Shown here one piece after another: positions 26,335 through 41,700 of a DNA stretch of 64,000 nucleotides. The DNA comes from Octopus vulgaris. Its lineage: Eukaryota. The notes beneath the pieces are model-generated. The model saw only the letters and a list, made by a program, of their open reading frames with translations, was not told where the DNA came from and ran no database searches. The stretch lies in NCBI GenBank assembly GCA_951406725.2, contig OX597832.1, positions 16,244,001-16,308,000 of the forward strand, in the 5' to 3' direction. Positions within the stretch are counted from its first letter, which is position 1. Each line of letters starts with the position of its first letter. Both the position numbers and the translations under genes were made by a program.

Positions 26335-29236
26335 GCTCACACACTCACACAAATCTTAAATATGGGCTGCTGAATTTAAATCTCTATTTTACTCTGAACT
26401 TGACAAACTGTTTCTCCCTCAGTTGTTGAACTACCTGTGTGTTTGTTTCAAAAATGAGTTTATTACTGTGATAAAATAATGAAAGCAATATTTACTATGC
26501 AAGTGAGCACTATTATACGAAGAAATAATTAGACGTGAAATATAGAACCTATTAGAAATGGGACTCAAATTTAAAGGGGCGTGAAGAAAAACCACCCGGT
26601 ATGCAGTATATCTACTAGTGCAAGCTATACTGGGTATTATGACATACACCTGTGGTTGAAACTTTAGAAAGTTTTAGATTAAATCTACAGATATATTAGA
26701 CTGTTGTGATGCCTTCTAATGTGATGCTAAGCAAAGTTTGTATGGGAAGGCCGGAAGCAAAATTAGCGTGTTAATGTCGTTCATTATATTTCAGAGATAT
26801 GTATAGGAGATATGTTTACTCATTGAAGACCAAATGCAATTTTGTTAGGTGCGTTTGTATTCTTTCATTTCACATTCTAATTATGTTAAAACACAGCATT
26901 TCTCGATTTTTGGAATATGTACAATGAGGCGCAATGTTTCATAGAATTTATTACATTTGCATTTTATTGCACATTACCATTCTTGGGATACTAAGCAGTG
27001 TTTAGGTTCTGAGTATTTGGCACTATTGTTAACAATGCTTATTTTCAATTTGTATATCCCTATGGTATCTGTTTCTATAGAAATCCCCGTTGGTGCGAAC
27101 ATCCTGATCTATATCAGTGTTTTACTAATTTAAAGTACATCTCCATTTCTTAAGTTCACCATAGCTATTTTCACGCTCTATCATAAAAAGTGTACGTATA
27201 CAATGGAATTTACGACAGTATCATTTAAACCTCAAACATAATACGGATATCGCTAAAGTATTATTTAAGGTTTAATAATATTCACATTTTGAATTCAGGC
27301 ATTTTCGCCAGTAAGGAATTGCGTGACTAAATTTAAATTGCAAATATTCTGTTTTCCATCCGTGTATCCCTTGTTGGCGACTAAAGTTTGAGTAAGCTCT
27401 TACCGATATGTCAGTTTGATTTTGAGATGTAAATAAGCTTTTAGGAATTGTTATTCTGATGATGTTATAGTGTCAGTCCAGGACTATTATGATAGAAAAG
27501 ATCATTTCTTTTGATATGTATATTTAAAGATTGTTATTTTATCTGTTGGTTGTCATGATGTGTATTCGTCCATCAGTTGAATTCAATAATCGTTGAATTA
27601 GTGCGAAAATGGTAGAGCATTCCACGGATACGTACATAGAAAATATTCTCCACGCTGAAAACATCTGGTGAAATATAACACCACGGAAACTAGAGTTCTT
27701 TGCATATTCCATCCAGATCCTTCTATATTGTTTTCAATGCGAGTATTCACTAATACGCTATAGAAATAAGAAATGCTATTGAAAACATTAATTGGCCCCT
27801 ATATAATCCAGTAGGATCGTAAATGTGATCTCGTATTTGGGAAGCGTAAATCGTAATGAATGCGGTCGTACATTGAGAGTGGGTTAATTATTTTTCTTCT
27901 TTTCCATTTTATTGTCTCATACTGTGTCTGTTTTGCAGTAGGATGTAAGGAATGACTATAGCTGATGATGAACCTGCTACGTTTTAATAGTGGGTGGAGT
28001 TTTCTGAATTTTTATTTGCATTTTCATGATGTTCCATGGAATGTAATTTTTGATATATTTATCGATTTCTAAGTATTAAGTATGATGTACGTACGACATT
28101 GACTATGAGTGTATTTGTGCTGTTACATACTTATGTTTTTGTTTGTTTGCTTTTTGTATGAAGGTGATTTTTCTTCAGGACTCTCCATCGTATAAAGCGA
28201 TGTATTTTTGGGGGGATTTTTATATGATGTATTCGTGATTTGTGAGAATTGTCGTTAGGTGGTCTGGGAAATTTGGAAGATTATTTGCCAATTGGCTGCG
28301 ATAGCCAGGTTTGCATAGCATAATTTAATGTCAGCGGAAGTTGTCATTGTGGTGCTGATTGAATAATTATTTCTCCCTAGCTTCATACAATTTGAATATT
28401 CAGAACGTCATAAATCAACGTTATTCCCATTAGGAAGAATAATTTAGTATTCAGAACAAAACGATTTCCCGTTTCGGTGTATCATGAATTTGTGATATTA
28501 AGGAAAAAATGTCAGAATATTTGTTAACAAAATGGTTATAGCGTGTGCTCCGTGTATTTCCGAGTGTTATGAGCAATAAATAAAGAATTAATATAGTAAA
28601 TTCTTGAACATAATATCATGTTATTTACAACACAGACAATGGCTCAGCTGATACTTATTCACCTTGCAAATACGGGTTATATTCAATGAAATAAATTCTA
28701 CGGACTAATTTTATTGCTGTGAATTTAATTATGTTCCAATAAATTTAGGATTTATTGCACCTCATACACGAAAGAATATCCGAATCGTATCGATATGCCG
28801 CATTGTTAGAGTATATATACTTCGTCTCTCATATCAACACACATTCGAAGGACGCAGCGGCATACGACATTATCCATCAGAACATACCACTCTTGTTGAA
28901 CGAACTTCACATGGAATCTATTTACTTGTTTAACGGTTATGTTGGATAATTTGCTAAAATAACTCTACTAAGAACTAAACATACTTAATTTGATTTATAC
29001 CAAATTTCTTAGGAATATTAAGGTGTATTTCCTTCGGCTGTTAAAATGAAATGTATTAGGTATATATAAGGATCCCTTCCAGGGACACTATTATCAACTT
29101 TTTCAACAATCTGCGCATGACATGATGTTTCCATACATGAGTTATACTAACGGGTCGAGTTTCATGAAAATCGATAATACGATATAGGATGAGTTAGCTA
29201 ACAACTTCACAAACACAGGCAGATTTTCAACATATG

Positions 29237-29351
<115 letters not shown>

Positions 29352-30699
29352 CATGCATACATGCACGTGTACGTGCGTCTGTGTGTAAATGAATGCTTCT
29401 TTTTAATGTTCATAATGATATTTTATCGAAATACTAACCATTGTGGGAAAAACAAATTAAACTAATGTACACTTCCATTAATATATAATTACAAATATAA
29501 TTTTGATATACTTCTAAATTCAAGAAACCTAAGAAAATATAATTGTTATCCTCCCTTACTCTGTCAAAACAGAACAAAATTTTACGAAGACATTCCGAAA
29601 GTGTACATATGGAAAAAGATATAAGAAATGGATTTCATACCCTGCTTATTCTGAAAATCCATTCAAACTGGAAATCTGCGTAAACTATAACTCTGTAATA
29701 TTAATACATATGATATGTAAAGTTATTTTCTTTAATAAGCATTATAATACGTTTCAAAAAAGAGAAAAACATTGATACATTTTGTAAGGTATGTTTTAAT
29801 ATATTACAAATACATTAGTATCATTTGTATGTCTTAATAGAAATCACGATAATTAAAATTTAGATATATTTAATTTTTATAAGACATTTTACAGATATAT
29901 AATACTCTACGATATAGTGAAGCTTCTAAATATTTGTAATATTGTTATATAAGTTATCTCCATTCACCTAAGCAATACGGGAGGAAAGAGAATATATTTC
30001 AAATTACAATGCATTAAAAGTCCGTTGTTGTCAATTTGCTTCCTTCTGAAATCTAAACACATTCTATACCAGACTTGTTCGTCTTTGCTATTTGTTAATA
30101 AAATGAAATATATAATAAGAAGTAATGCGCAGAAACACATGATGATATATGGGTAAAAACTAATGAAACAAAGACACAGACAAACAGCGACAGACAAACA
30201 TATGGAATAAAAAATAAATATGGTTTGTATTATACAAGCCATATGTATACAAGTTATATACATATTTTAGAGTATTATTTGTAGTGCTTATAATTTTCGC
30301 AGAGGTAATTGAAAATGATAACATCTCAGCAACGAACGATACACATTGTTCTTTCTATATTATTAAATGATGGAAATATGCTGGACCTCAATAAAATATA
30401 TGGGAAACATCTTCCTGCTTTCCTTTACGAATGGCGCTGAATATATATATATAGCAAATTAAGTTTCCTATAGACGTGCTACAAGAATGCATGGATTTAA
30501 GTCTTAATTTTGCAAACTTTATTGAATATATGGACGCAGTAGTGAGTGGATTGTTAGAATAGTGTCTACCTAATAATGTGGTCACGTTTTCTATGCTACA
30601 AAGATAGGCATCTATCTTACGTAATTTTCTATTGACCAAATTGCCTACACCTATAACACAGGCGTTTACACATATATACACATATGCATACACACACAC

Positions 30700-30900
<201 letters not shown>

Positions 30901-30944
30901 GATAGATGGATGGGTAGGTATATAGATATTTATTTTCCTTTCCG

Positions 30945-31070
30945 TTTAAGAAATTGCAAGTCTACGGTCGGCCTTGGGCTACAGAAAAGACATTTGCCCG
31001 GGGTGCTAATAAGTGTGACTAAAGCCATTATCATGTGGTTAGAAAGTAAGCTACTCAGCACACACCCGGT
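30945..31070 (-). mobile_element. Degenerate SINE head (49822-50228 family)
   Basis: GGTCGGCC..GGGCTACAGAAAAGACATTTGCCC...CATGTGGTTAGAAAGTAAGCT. Confidence 0.6.
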
Positions 31071-31733
31071 CCTCTGTGTGTGCGTGTGTGCGCGTGTGTG
31101 TGTGTATGCGTGTGTGTGTGTGTGTATGTTACATTTCTTTTACATGTCATCGTACACCGGGATGATGTTTAATCACTTTAGGGAATGTTTGGATGTTGGT
31201 TTCTAATCTCTTTAACCTTGGTTGGTAATCTAAATAAGAGAACGAAATCTCCAAAATATAACATGAGGTAGATCCCGGTTTTACCAATTCCCGTGTCACA
31301 CCGGCTAAAGTCATCTTGGGCCAATAAGTACGTATAGTGCAGTGCAAGCTACACCTATTGAAAAATATTCGTTTTCACAGGCAGCGCTTGTACATCAGAT
31401 ATTAGTAAACGCATTAAACTTGTTGGCTACAACCTAAAAATGCACTTGGACTTTACTCCGAAATGTCTCAGAGAGATTCAGTAAATGGCAAAAAAGGCTT
31501 TTGAACGTCAAGCGTACAGGTCTATTTCAACAGGTATCTCAGTGTATCACAGGCTGGGCTCGTTCATCATACTGACAGTGGTCAAACAATCGTCAAGAAG
31601 AAGTAAAATAAACATCTGAAATTTGGCTGTTGGAGTATGCGCACTGTTCTAGATGATAATTCCAACAAGAAGATAGAGAGGAGTACTGCACTTATTGCAT
31701 GTGAGCTCAACAAATTCATGTTCCTTTGATATA

Positions 31734-32086
31734 CACTTGCGGCCGAAATGTTCAGAACGGCATTGTTTTCGTCAGAAAAGTAGATATAATTTTTTATCAA
31801 AGTTGTTTTATATTCTGTAATTTTTACAGACAATAAATACGATATTATTTGTTATTGCCTGAGATCATTTGTGATCATTTTGGCCGCCATGGGTTTTGCA
31901 GTAAATCACTAAATCATCCATAACTTTTGTATTATCCTCTCAAATTACACCGAAATCTCAGGCAATAACACATAATATTGTATCTATCGTCTGTGAAAAT
32001 TATTGAATATAAAACTACTTTGATAAAAACTTATATCTACTTTCCTGACGAAAACAATACCATTCTGAACATTTTGGCTGCAACTG
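31734..32086. mobile_element. Tc1/mariner-type MITE with ~135-bp terminal inverted repeats and TA duplication
   Basis: TA|CACTTGCGGCCGAAATGTTCAGAA ... TTCTGAACATTTTGGCTGCAACTG|TA; RTE APE coding resumes after it. Confidence 0.9.
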
Positions 32087-33070
32087 TAGTTACGCTCTCT
32101 GATACTCCTTTATCCGGCTAGGGTCAAATATATGAACCTACTTATAGCTACACCATCATCTGGTGAGACCTACATGAGATAAGTGTAGAGAAAAGGTGTT
32201 TGGTTTGCTCTCAACCATTCATTGGTATCCTCCGTTACAGAATTTCGAAGTAGTATAATTGAACGAATCATATCATGCTGTATAAAACTGAAAAAAATGT
32301 AGGTTTCTTACTTTTTTCAGTATTTATGCACCAAAAATGTCTCATTCTGATGAAACTATAGGACAATTTTATGATGATCTAGCACAATTATTGAGGAAAG
32401 TACCAGGTTCTGTCAAACTGGTCACATTTTGAGATGTCAACAGAGGAGTTGGAAAGGATTACATTCCATGGCTTGTTTTACCTGACATGGGATTGGAAAA
32501 TTTTATAAAAATGGAGTGGCTGTTTTGACGTTTTGCGCTGAGAATAATCGGATTGTTAACAATACACGGTTTCACCAGAAAAATCAATATTAAAGCACGT
32601 GGATGCACCCACGTTCTAAGGCTTCGTTTCTTATAGATTATATTTTGATCAGAAAGCGTGATATGAACGATTTTTGCTACGGGGGGAGCAGTGAGCTGCA
32701 CTGACTATCGTCTAATGCGTGGGAATAGGAATGTTTCGTTAATGCCTAAATAATGTACACGAAAAGTTAACTCTTGCAAATTTCAAATTACCAAGCAACC
32801 TGCAAATATTCCTCGATGCTATAGAAAGTATCAATCGTGATACAAAGGATCTGTGGGAAGATTTCAAAACAAAAGTATTTGTGGCTTCAAATGTTTCAGT
32901 GGGATTCAAATTGAGTGAGACATATGGATAACAATATGACCCCAGTCTCTGATGGAATCTGTGAAGAGGTCTTGAAATATGGGGTCGACAAAATGTTTGA
33001 ACTCTTAAATATATTAATTTGTCGTTGTTGGAGTACTGAGGAAGTCCCTCGATGCTAATCTAGTTTCTCT

Positions 33071-33280
33071 TGTGTGGACGCCCCCATACGATGAAGTAGG
33101 CTAGCCCAATATGTAGATATAGAGGGAGAAGTCTAGACGTCAAGGTAGACTAGAGCAGAGTCGAGTTCAGTAGAGGTCAACCGAACGTGCGTCGTAACAG
33201 TGGCGACGAGGAATTCGTAGCTCACACAGCCACTGTGTAGTATTGCGACATAATTTTCCTGTATGAATCGGGGCTAAAGT
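33071..33280 (+). mobile_element. LTR-retrotransposon 5' fragment (short TG..CA LTR plus PBS) inserted in the RTE RT
   Basis: TGT at 33071 ... CGTAACA at 33199, then TGGCGACGAGGA, complementary to the tRNA-Ser(GCU) 3' end; RTE reads DANLVS before and GNFRG after. Confidence 0.65.
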
Positions 33281-33832
33281 ATGTTTTTGGTAATTTTCGT
33301 GGGATTTGCTTTTGTCTGTGGTTGGAAAGGTAGTTACCCGTTTTCTGTTAAAACGTTTGGATTTCTTCTTACCTCTAAATATAGCGTCAGTGTCTACATG
33401 TGTTTTTCGTCCCTTCATGGGCACAGTTGATTGTATCTTTACTATCAGACAAGTTCAACAGCAGTGCATTGAACAGAATCTTGCCCTATACCACTGTTTT
33501 GTTAATTTAGGCAAGGCACTCGAAACTGTGGCTAATTCTTATTAAAATATGTTGCCCCGAAATGTTTTTATGCATGATTAAGGATAAAGTTAATTTTGGT
33601 GGTAGGCTTTCCGAATCATTTGACGTGGAGAATGGAGTAAAGCAAGGAGACCACCAAGCACCCAACATGTTTGCAATATAATTTGCTATTATGCTGTTTT
33701 GAAACATGGAAAAAAGATATTTACATAAAATATCGAACAACAGGTAATGTTTTCAAACTGACAAACTGAAATTCACAACATTTCTTTTTTTACTTTATTC
33801 ATTACGGACAAGTACGATATATTTTGCCACGC

Positions 33833-33906
33833 CGGAACAAGCCGTACCTGTATTTGTCGGAACACTTGTATCTGTATTTGTCGGAACACTTGTACCTGTA
33901 TTTGTC
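33833..33906. repeat. 24-bp tandem repeat, ~3 copies
   Basis: (GTAYCTGTATTTGTCGGAACACTT)n. Confidence 0.9.
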
Positions 33907-35123
33907 ACAGAATGTTGACTTCGGCTTCACTATAACTTTGTTAAAAACAGTCGTAATGTGCCAATCTGCAAGCGGCGCTGTTTTGAAATTTTCCCTAAAA
34001 TTTTCTTTAGACGTACAAAGTGAAGGAAACAGAAATGCATCTGCGAAATCAGCTGGCGGCCCAAGCATTTTCCGGTTTAGACTCACTTGTTTGGCGCAAA
34101 TGGCATATAAAAACATCACAAGATCGGTTTGTAACAAATGTTGTTCCTTACCATCGCTATTTTATTCCCTTTAAAGATTGAGGTACTATGAAAGACATTT
34201 CAAATTGTTACAATGATTCCACCAAAAATGCAATCGCAGAATTTTAAACATTAAATGAAGCTTTTTGTTTTTACAAGAGACAGAGAACTATTCGCGTCTA
34301 AAAGCATCATTTCCATTAAATGAATGATTCTGAAAATTGTAATGAGGTATTCTAGCCATATAGATCGAATATCGGATGAATTAACACATAAACAACTGTT
34401 GAGGGCGATGGGATACACAATGCTATATAAGACCTTGCTCTGAATCGCACTGGATGTGTGTGTGTGTGTGTGTGTGCGTATGTGTGTGTCTATATATATA
34501 TATTCATAATATACATATACATACTGGTATATGTGCACTGAAGCATGTCCAAACCCATGTCAATTTTACAAGTGTAGATTTTACTCAGAAATACGAGAGA
34601 GTTATACATTTGAGATGAATTTCCTATCAACTTCTGCTATACTATGATATACTCTCTGTGATTCATTCTTCGCTGAAATATTGTTATCTGAAATGTTCTA
34701 TAATTATGTAATATAATAAAGAAAGAAAAAACGCACTGAAATCCTCCTGGTGCACTTTACAACAACTTTACGGATATTTGAGATATATTGCTGCAACAAT
34801 CATGTGTCACAAGATTTGGTAATTATAAATTTACTGCTAATATGCAAAATTAAAATACAGAAAGGAAATAAGCGTATGTACATTGAATCTGCGCGAGTTA
34901 ACATATAATGCATGTGACTAAGTCAAACTCCAGAAAATTGTTAAAATAACTTGATATTATAATTTGATATAATAAATTCAAATACGATTTTATCCCTAAT
35001 TTGCAAAGCAGTGAGCGAGTAATAGAGAAATACGTGTTTCGTGTCTAATGGATTTCATATCTTTAATCTGATATTCCTAATATACTTATATACCAAAAAA
35101 GTCATATATATGTGTGTGTGTGT

Positions 35124-35155
<32 letters not shown>

Positions 35156-35533
35156 AAGAAAGTGTGTGTGTGTGTGTAAATGTACACGCGTATATAGAAA
35201 CACATCAAGTATATATATAGATAGATAGATATATAGATAGATATAGATAGATACATATATACATATATGCATGTACACGCATAAATAGAAACCCATCACA
35301 TATATATATATATAAATGCAGTGGAATCAAGGGGGTTCAAAAGTAAAAGCATGTTTGGGGACCAATAAGCCGAGTATTCCATTAAAATCACATTTAACTG
35401 TGTCTGTTGAGTAGTTTCCAATTAAAGTCGAATCTAATTCTTCGATTGACATCTATTAGGTGTCGCATTAAGCTTGCCTTAACTTATATATATGTATGTA
35501 TATGAATAAGTATATGTATATAAATATATATAT

Positions 35534-35729
35534 ATTTCTTTACTGCCCACAAGGGGCTAAACACAGAGGGGACAAAGGGGACAAACAAGGACAGACAAAG
35601 GGATTAAGTGGACTACATCGACCCCGAAAGGATGAAAGGCAAAGTCGACCTCGGCGGAATTTGAACTCGGAACGTAACGACAGACGAATCTCGCCCGGCG
35701 TGCTAACGTTTCTACCATCTCGCCGCCTT
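35534..35729 (-). mobile_element. Meta-domain-type SINE with internal deletions
   Basis: ATCGACCCCGAAAGGATGAAAGGCAAAGTCGACCTCGGCGGAATTTGAACTC; head CGCCCGGCGTGCTAACG. Confidence 0.88.
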
Positions 35730-38700
35730 TATGTATATAATATATATATATATATACATATATAAATATATATATATTTATATATATGTTTGTGTGTGTG
35801 TTTGTTTGTGCTTGTGTATGTGTGTATAGCAATTGTTTGTAGCGAGGTAATGGATTTCGAAAACCAGATCACAAACGTTCTCAGTAGCAATTTTACAAAT
35901 CTTTGTTGGATGCAGTTGACACGAAAACAAGGTCAGACTTTGTGAAGGAAGAATTTCAGTCAACGTTATTGACTATTCAACTACGTGATTGGCATTTGTG
36001 TGTATGAATCGGTGCTAAGTACCTCCGCGGCAACATCGTCATCGCTATTCTTATCTAGTTTGAGATAAGATATAATTACTTACCAAATCAAGAGCTACGT
36101 TTGCAATATAAATGTAAGTCAGTTGCCGAGATGCTTGCAATTTGATCTGACACCTTTGCTCAAAAATTGGCCAAATCTAGAATTATTTGGTGTTACACAA
36201 TAGCGGAGCATTTATCGTAATAGATTTTAGAAAACATTCGTATTTCGATGAAGACATACTAACATTTCTTTTCTTTATTTACACATTTTATCTATTTGAT
36301 ACATGATGTTAACTCTTCTTGCTGCATTCAAACAATGACACCGAACACAGGTAACAATACTCTTTCCTGTTACTTTCAACTATGAGTAAATAATTCAATT
36401 ATTTTCACTGACTAGAAAATATAGACACCTAAATTTGTTTTCAAAGAACTTTCCTTATTAGATTTTGTTTTGTAGATTTTCTATCTAATGTCTGAATTTC
36501 ACATCAAACGAGTATTATATTGTACTTGTAATTTTATACTGTTTAACTACGCTTTTAAACAAAATACAAAGTTTTAAAGTAAATTACAAAAAGTGTAAAG
36601 ACAGTGGGTATTTGTGTGATAATAGCGCAGTTGTTGGTTTATTGTTTTGTTTTAGTTTTGCTGTTGGTTTCATCGATTCAAATTACACGGGGGATTTTCA
36701 AGTCTCTTTAACAGACATCAGTAACAACAACAAGAAAAAAAAAGAATCGCACGCAGTGATAAAATGACAAATAATATAAATCAAGAAAATCACACAGATG
36801 TTAGTAAAATCCGAGTGAGATTATTTGCAATGGGAAGGAAGAAAATCTTAGAGTGTGCAATATTTTCTTTTCATGCAAAATACAATGAAATCTGCGGAAA
36901 AATACTTCAAAGAAAGTATTTGGTATTAGATTACATTTCACGTTTATAACCACGAAGTTTGTCATTATTTCCGAAATCTGGCAAAAAAAGGAATCTTTGA
37001 TGTTAACTATTAAAGAGATAGCTCCCAAATGTTAAAACATGTGAGACATTGCGTATGCAAAATGGAAAATCATATCAAAGAAATAAGGTCTGTAATTTTT
37101 TTTGTTGATTCGCTTTGCAATGCTAATTGCACTGGTTGTAATACAAAAAATTGAGAAAGTAAAAATAAGAATTTCAAGTATAGGTGGATATTTTACAAAA
37201 AAATAATAATATTAATGTTACAGTTTACATAATTAGATTTCTTTTAATTTGAAGATGGACAAGATGAAATAGACGACGATATGACCGAAGGTTTCTGGCC
37301 ATGATAGAACTACCTTGTTATTCATTAATAGAAAATTCACTGAAGCTCAAATATTTAAATGAAAAGGCAACTGGTTTACTGTATATATGCTAAGTTAACT
37401 CGAAATTTATACATGAATAATAATCTATATCTCTGTATCATTTTTACATTTTTGTAGGAATATAGGTCCAACCTCTAGGCTCGTTTCAATGTTTTCAGAA
37501 AATCCCTACTTTGTTGAATTCCAGTAGGCGGAAATGTAATGGGAAACGCACATCGATAACAACTCAGACCAACTAATTATGTTGGTTCACATTTACAGTA
37601 ATTTTTCCTGTCTTACGATTAGGTTACTCAAGTTGAGCTTTAGTGATTTTTAGTAACGTAATGATTTGTATAAACTTGCCTCGGTTACTTTGGCGAAAAC
37701 TCAAAGTTCCACATCTCAAAGTATTTGTCAACTTTTCTATTGCTCTGTATAATCATCTACGGCTTAGACGACACACGACAAAATGTAACAACTTAATGAG
37801 ATTAGATTTAGGTGATGTGTTACGTCAATTGATGAGAATGTTTTCTCTATATTTCTATAAAAAGTTGTTTTACATTTATTCTTCTTTGTACCTGATTTAT
37901 TCTTTCACTTGGAAACCAGTAATTCTGTTTCAACTGTGTCAAGAGTAAAGAAACAGCAAAAGGAAACGGGTTTGATATCTCTGATGCGTCCAAGATGATA
38001 CATTTGACAGATAACATTACCGGTATATTATAATGCAGTACGGAATTTGTGTGAATTAGTATGTTCGATGAAACGGAATGCTTTGTCATTATCTTCCTGA
38101 ATGTAAACATATAGCAATATCCACCATATATCTACACTAATAGACAAGCGGCATGTATGCGTAATATTTCATTTATCTGCGTGTGATGTGTCTAAAATTA
38201 TTCAAATCATATTTATAAGAGCACATATACTGCAAATAACTCTAGATGAAATAGCGTATGGATACGTGCAAAACTGAATACTTATTTTCTCACATAGCAC
38301 TTGAAAATGGATGTAATATGCAAATCTTATGAATTGCCATAATTCTTCTTCAAGTATGTTAGATAATCTGACGCATAATACATCTCAAGCTGATTCTAAT
38401 ATAGAAAATGCCAGAATCAAGGTAAATTTTATATGAGATCAAAGGATATATTGTCGTAAATTGCTACTGTGTGCCAGAGGTTTAGTGTGAGATCTTACGA
38501 CATAATCCTCAGTTTTACGTTTGGAGAACGGTTTTCGTAATACTGGAGAATCAACTTCAAACAAACCCAGAAAACACAGCAAATTAAGAATTTATATATT
38601 TTGCAATCGCTATTTTATTTCCTTTTAAGTTTCCGGGAAATTACTCTTCATTCCTTTAAACATCTAAAATGAAATTTAACATTACGGTATCCGTCAAAGT

Positions 38701-39899
38701 ATTCCTTTTGACAGATCACAAGTAACTATTGGAATCAGGATTAAAGGATCATGGTTAAATCTATTGCTGATCCACTGGCAATTGAATTGGGAAATAATGT
38801 GTTTGTGAACAATATCGGTTGTTTTGGGAGAAATATACTTAGAGAATTTACCGTGTACACTAGCTTCTCTTCCGTGAAGAAATTGATATGTATATCTATC
38901 CCATATGGCAAAACATGTTTAACTACATAATTTTACTATGTTCAATTTAAATGAGATGGCACAAAGTTTTGAAAGTCCTGAATCGTAAGCACATACTCAA
39001 AGCTTGTTTTGGAACTGTTAAAATGGTGTCATTCAAAAATAATAAAACTGTAAATTGTAGTGAATCTATTATATGCTCTGTTGTTCGTATATAGTAAAAT
39101 AAAGCTAATATACTTAATGTCATTAACATTCTTTTGAGTACGATAGATTTTAATATACGATGCAGATTGTCGCTTAGGGGATATTATTGTATCTCCATCT
39201 AGTGTAGGAAGGAACATATCCTTAAAGAGCAAACAACAACTGATTTAACCGCTGTTGACATATATATATAAAGCCTTTTGTTTCTTTGTATGTACTAATA
39301 ATGTATGATATTTTACAATTCTGAATTGATTGTTTCTGTTAGGCTTCCCTAAGTCATTTAGCTGATTAAACAAGTGTCTTAACAACAGAACATATATATC
39401 TTATGCTTTAAATCCATGAGAACTTAACTGAGTTCTGATCCTCGGTATTCCAAAATTTACTTAAGTGAGATTTTGTTTTATTATTATTGAACATTAGTGA
39501 TAATACGACTGAATGTAGTATTGGTGATGAATTCTGTCAAAAGAAAATAAGACACATTGTGCGCACAGGAATTAAACGATAAAATGTAAAGATATTAATA
39601 TTCAAATCATTGAAAACTGATGGTATATATCTACGTAAATGTTTTCAGTACTTAATTTTTAGTCAATATCAAAAACACTACCTCATTAATAACGTTACTA
39701 TCACCGTTATTCATACTATTTATATTTGGTTTATCATTAAGATCATGGCACGCATGCTCTCCTCATCAAATATTCAATTTAAACACAAACCGTACATCAT
39801 AAATATTATGTATGCACGCACGCACAAAAGCACGCACGCACGCACAAAAGCACGCACGCACACACACAAATACACAGAGGCACAAACACAAAAATATAT

Positions 39900-40790
<891 letters not shown>

Positions 40791-41274
40791 TATATTTGCG
40801 TGCGTGTGATTGGGTGTGCGTGCGTGTATGAACATATTAGGAAAGTATAATATATTTTGTTTCGTATTTGTATGTGCATTTTTTCGTGATTGTAAAATAT
40901 CACAATAATACTACTTTCATCACAGCAAACAATGGATGAGGCATTTCTTGATATAAATATTAAGTAAAAGAGAAAAAAACGAACAAAATATGTTGAAATA
41001 TAACATACATTTTAAGTAACTTCTATGTCGATATTTGTATGCTATTGTAATGGAAACTAAAATTATGTATGTATTTGTCGACTGCAAATGTCAGACATCT
41101 GTGACGTTTTTCAGTGAATGCCTCTTATTTTCTTATAAATTCGAAAGCACGTTAAAGTCAATGCATACAATACCAGATGGTTGGATGAAAGCTCGATTTC
41201 AACGAATATAATTATTCTTATTTGATCACATATTTTTTCACGTTGCTCCAATCACCTGGCAAAACTGTATGTTA

Positions 41275-41450
41275 TCTGTACTTCAAAGAGACAACCTTGA
41301 TATATTCTGTGTCAAGCTGAAATTCTCTAAGACCCACGATAATAGTACACGTGTCTAACGATTTCTCAGCCACTTGGACGTCAGTTTTAGGAGCTGGCAT
41401 TTCCGTTGATCAGATCAAATGGATCCCACGTCGTAATTGATGTAGTGCAG
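41275..41450 (+). mobile_element. Degenerate SINE 3' tail (22960-23130 family)
   Basis: GTACACGTGTCT..CTCAGCCACTTG..TTCCGTTGATCAGA. Confidence 0.7.
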
Positions 41451-41452
41451 TG

Positions 41453-41538
<86 letters not shown>

Positions 41539-41700
41539 CATATATTTGAGTAATTGAATGAATTATCTTATTAAGGATAATTCGAAAGATAACCGATAGC
41601 TGGGTAGCAAATTCACATCAGAAAGAACACGGTTGAAGCTACGTCCCTAGGGCATAGACTACGTGTCTTCGTACGAAAATGTGTATTTTTATTTTAAAAT

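Larger units (their letters stand above)
31200..33770 (+). mobile_element. Decayed RTE (BovB-like) LINE: APE endonuclease and RT, interrupted by two insertions
   Basis: LKFGCWSMRTVLD..ERSTALIACELNK, SIYAPKMSHSDETIGQFYDDL, TWMHPRSK..LIDYIL (APE); LLSVVGKV, FRPFMGTVDCIFTIRQVQQQCIEQNLALYHCFVNLGKA, FDVENGVKQGD (RT); 5' boundary approximate. Confidence 0.9.

Noticed and set aside
26650-28330. Possible L1/Tx1-like relic on the minus strand (TNGDF-like word near 27085)
   Set aside because: Only one weak motif; no collinear series could be read.
33833-33906. 24-bp repeats as a CRISPR array
   Set aside because: Head-to-tail repeats with no spacers, in a eukaryotic context, with no cas genes.
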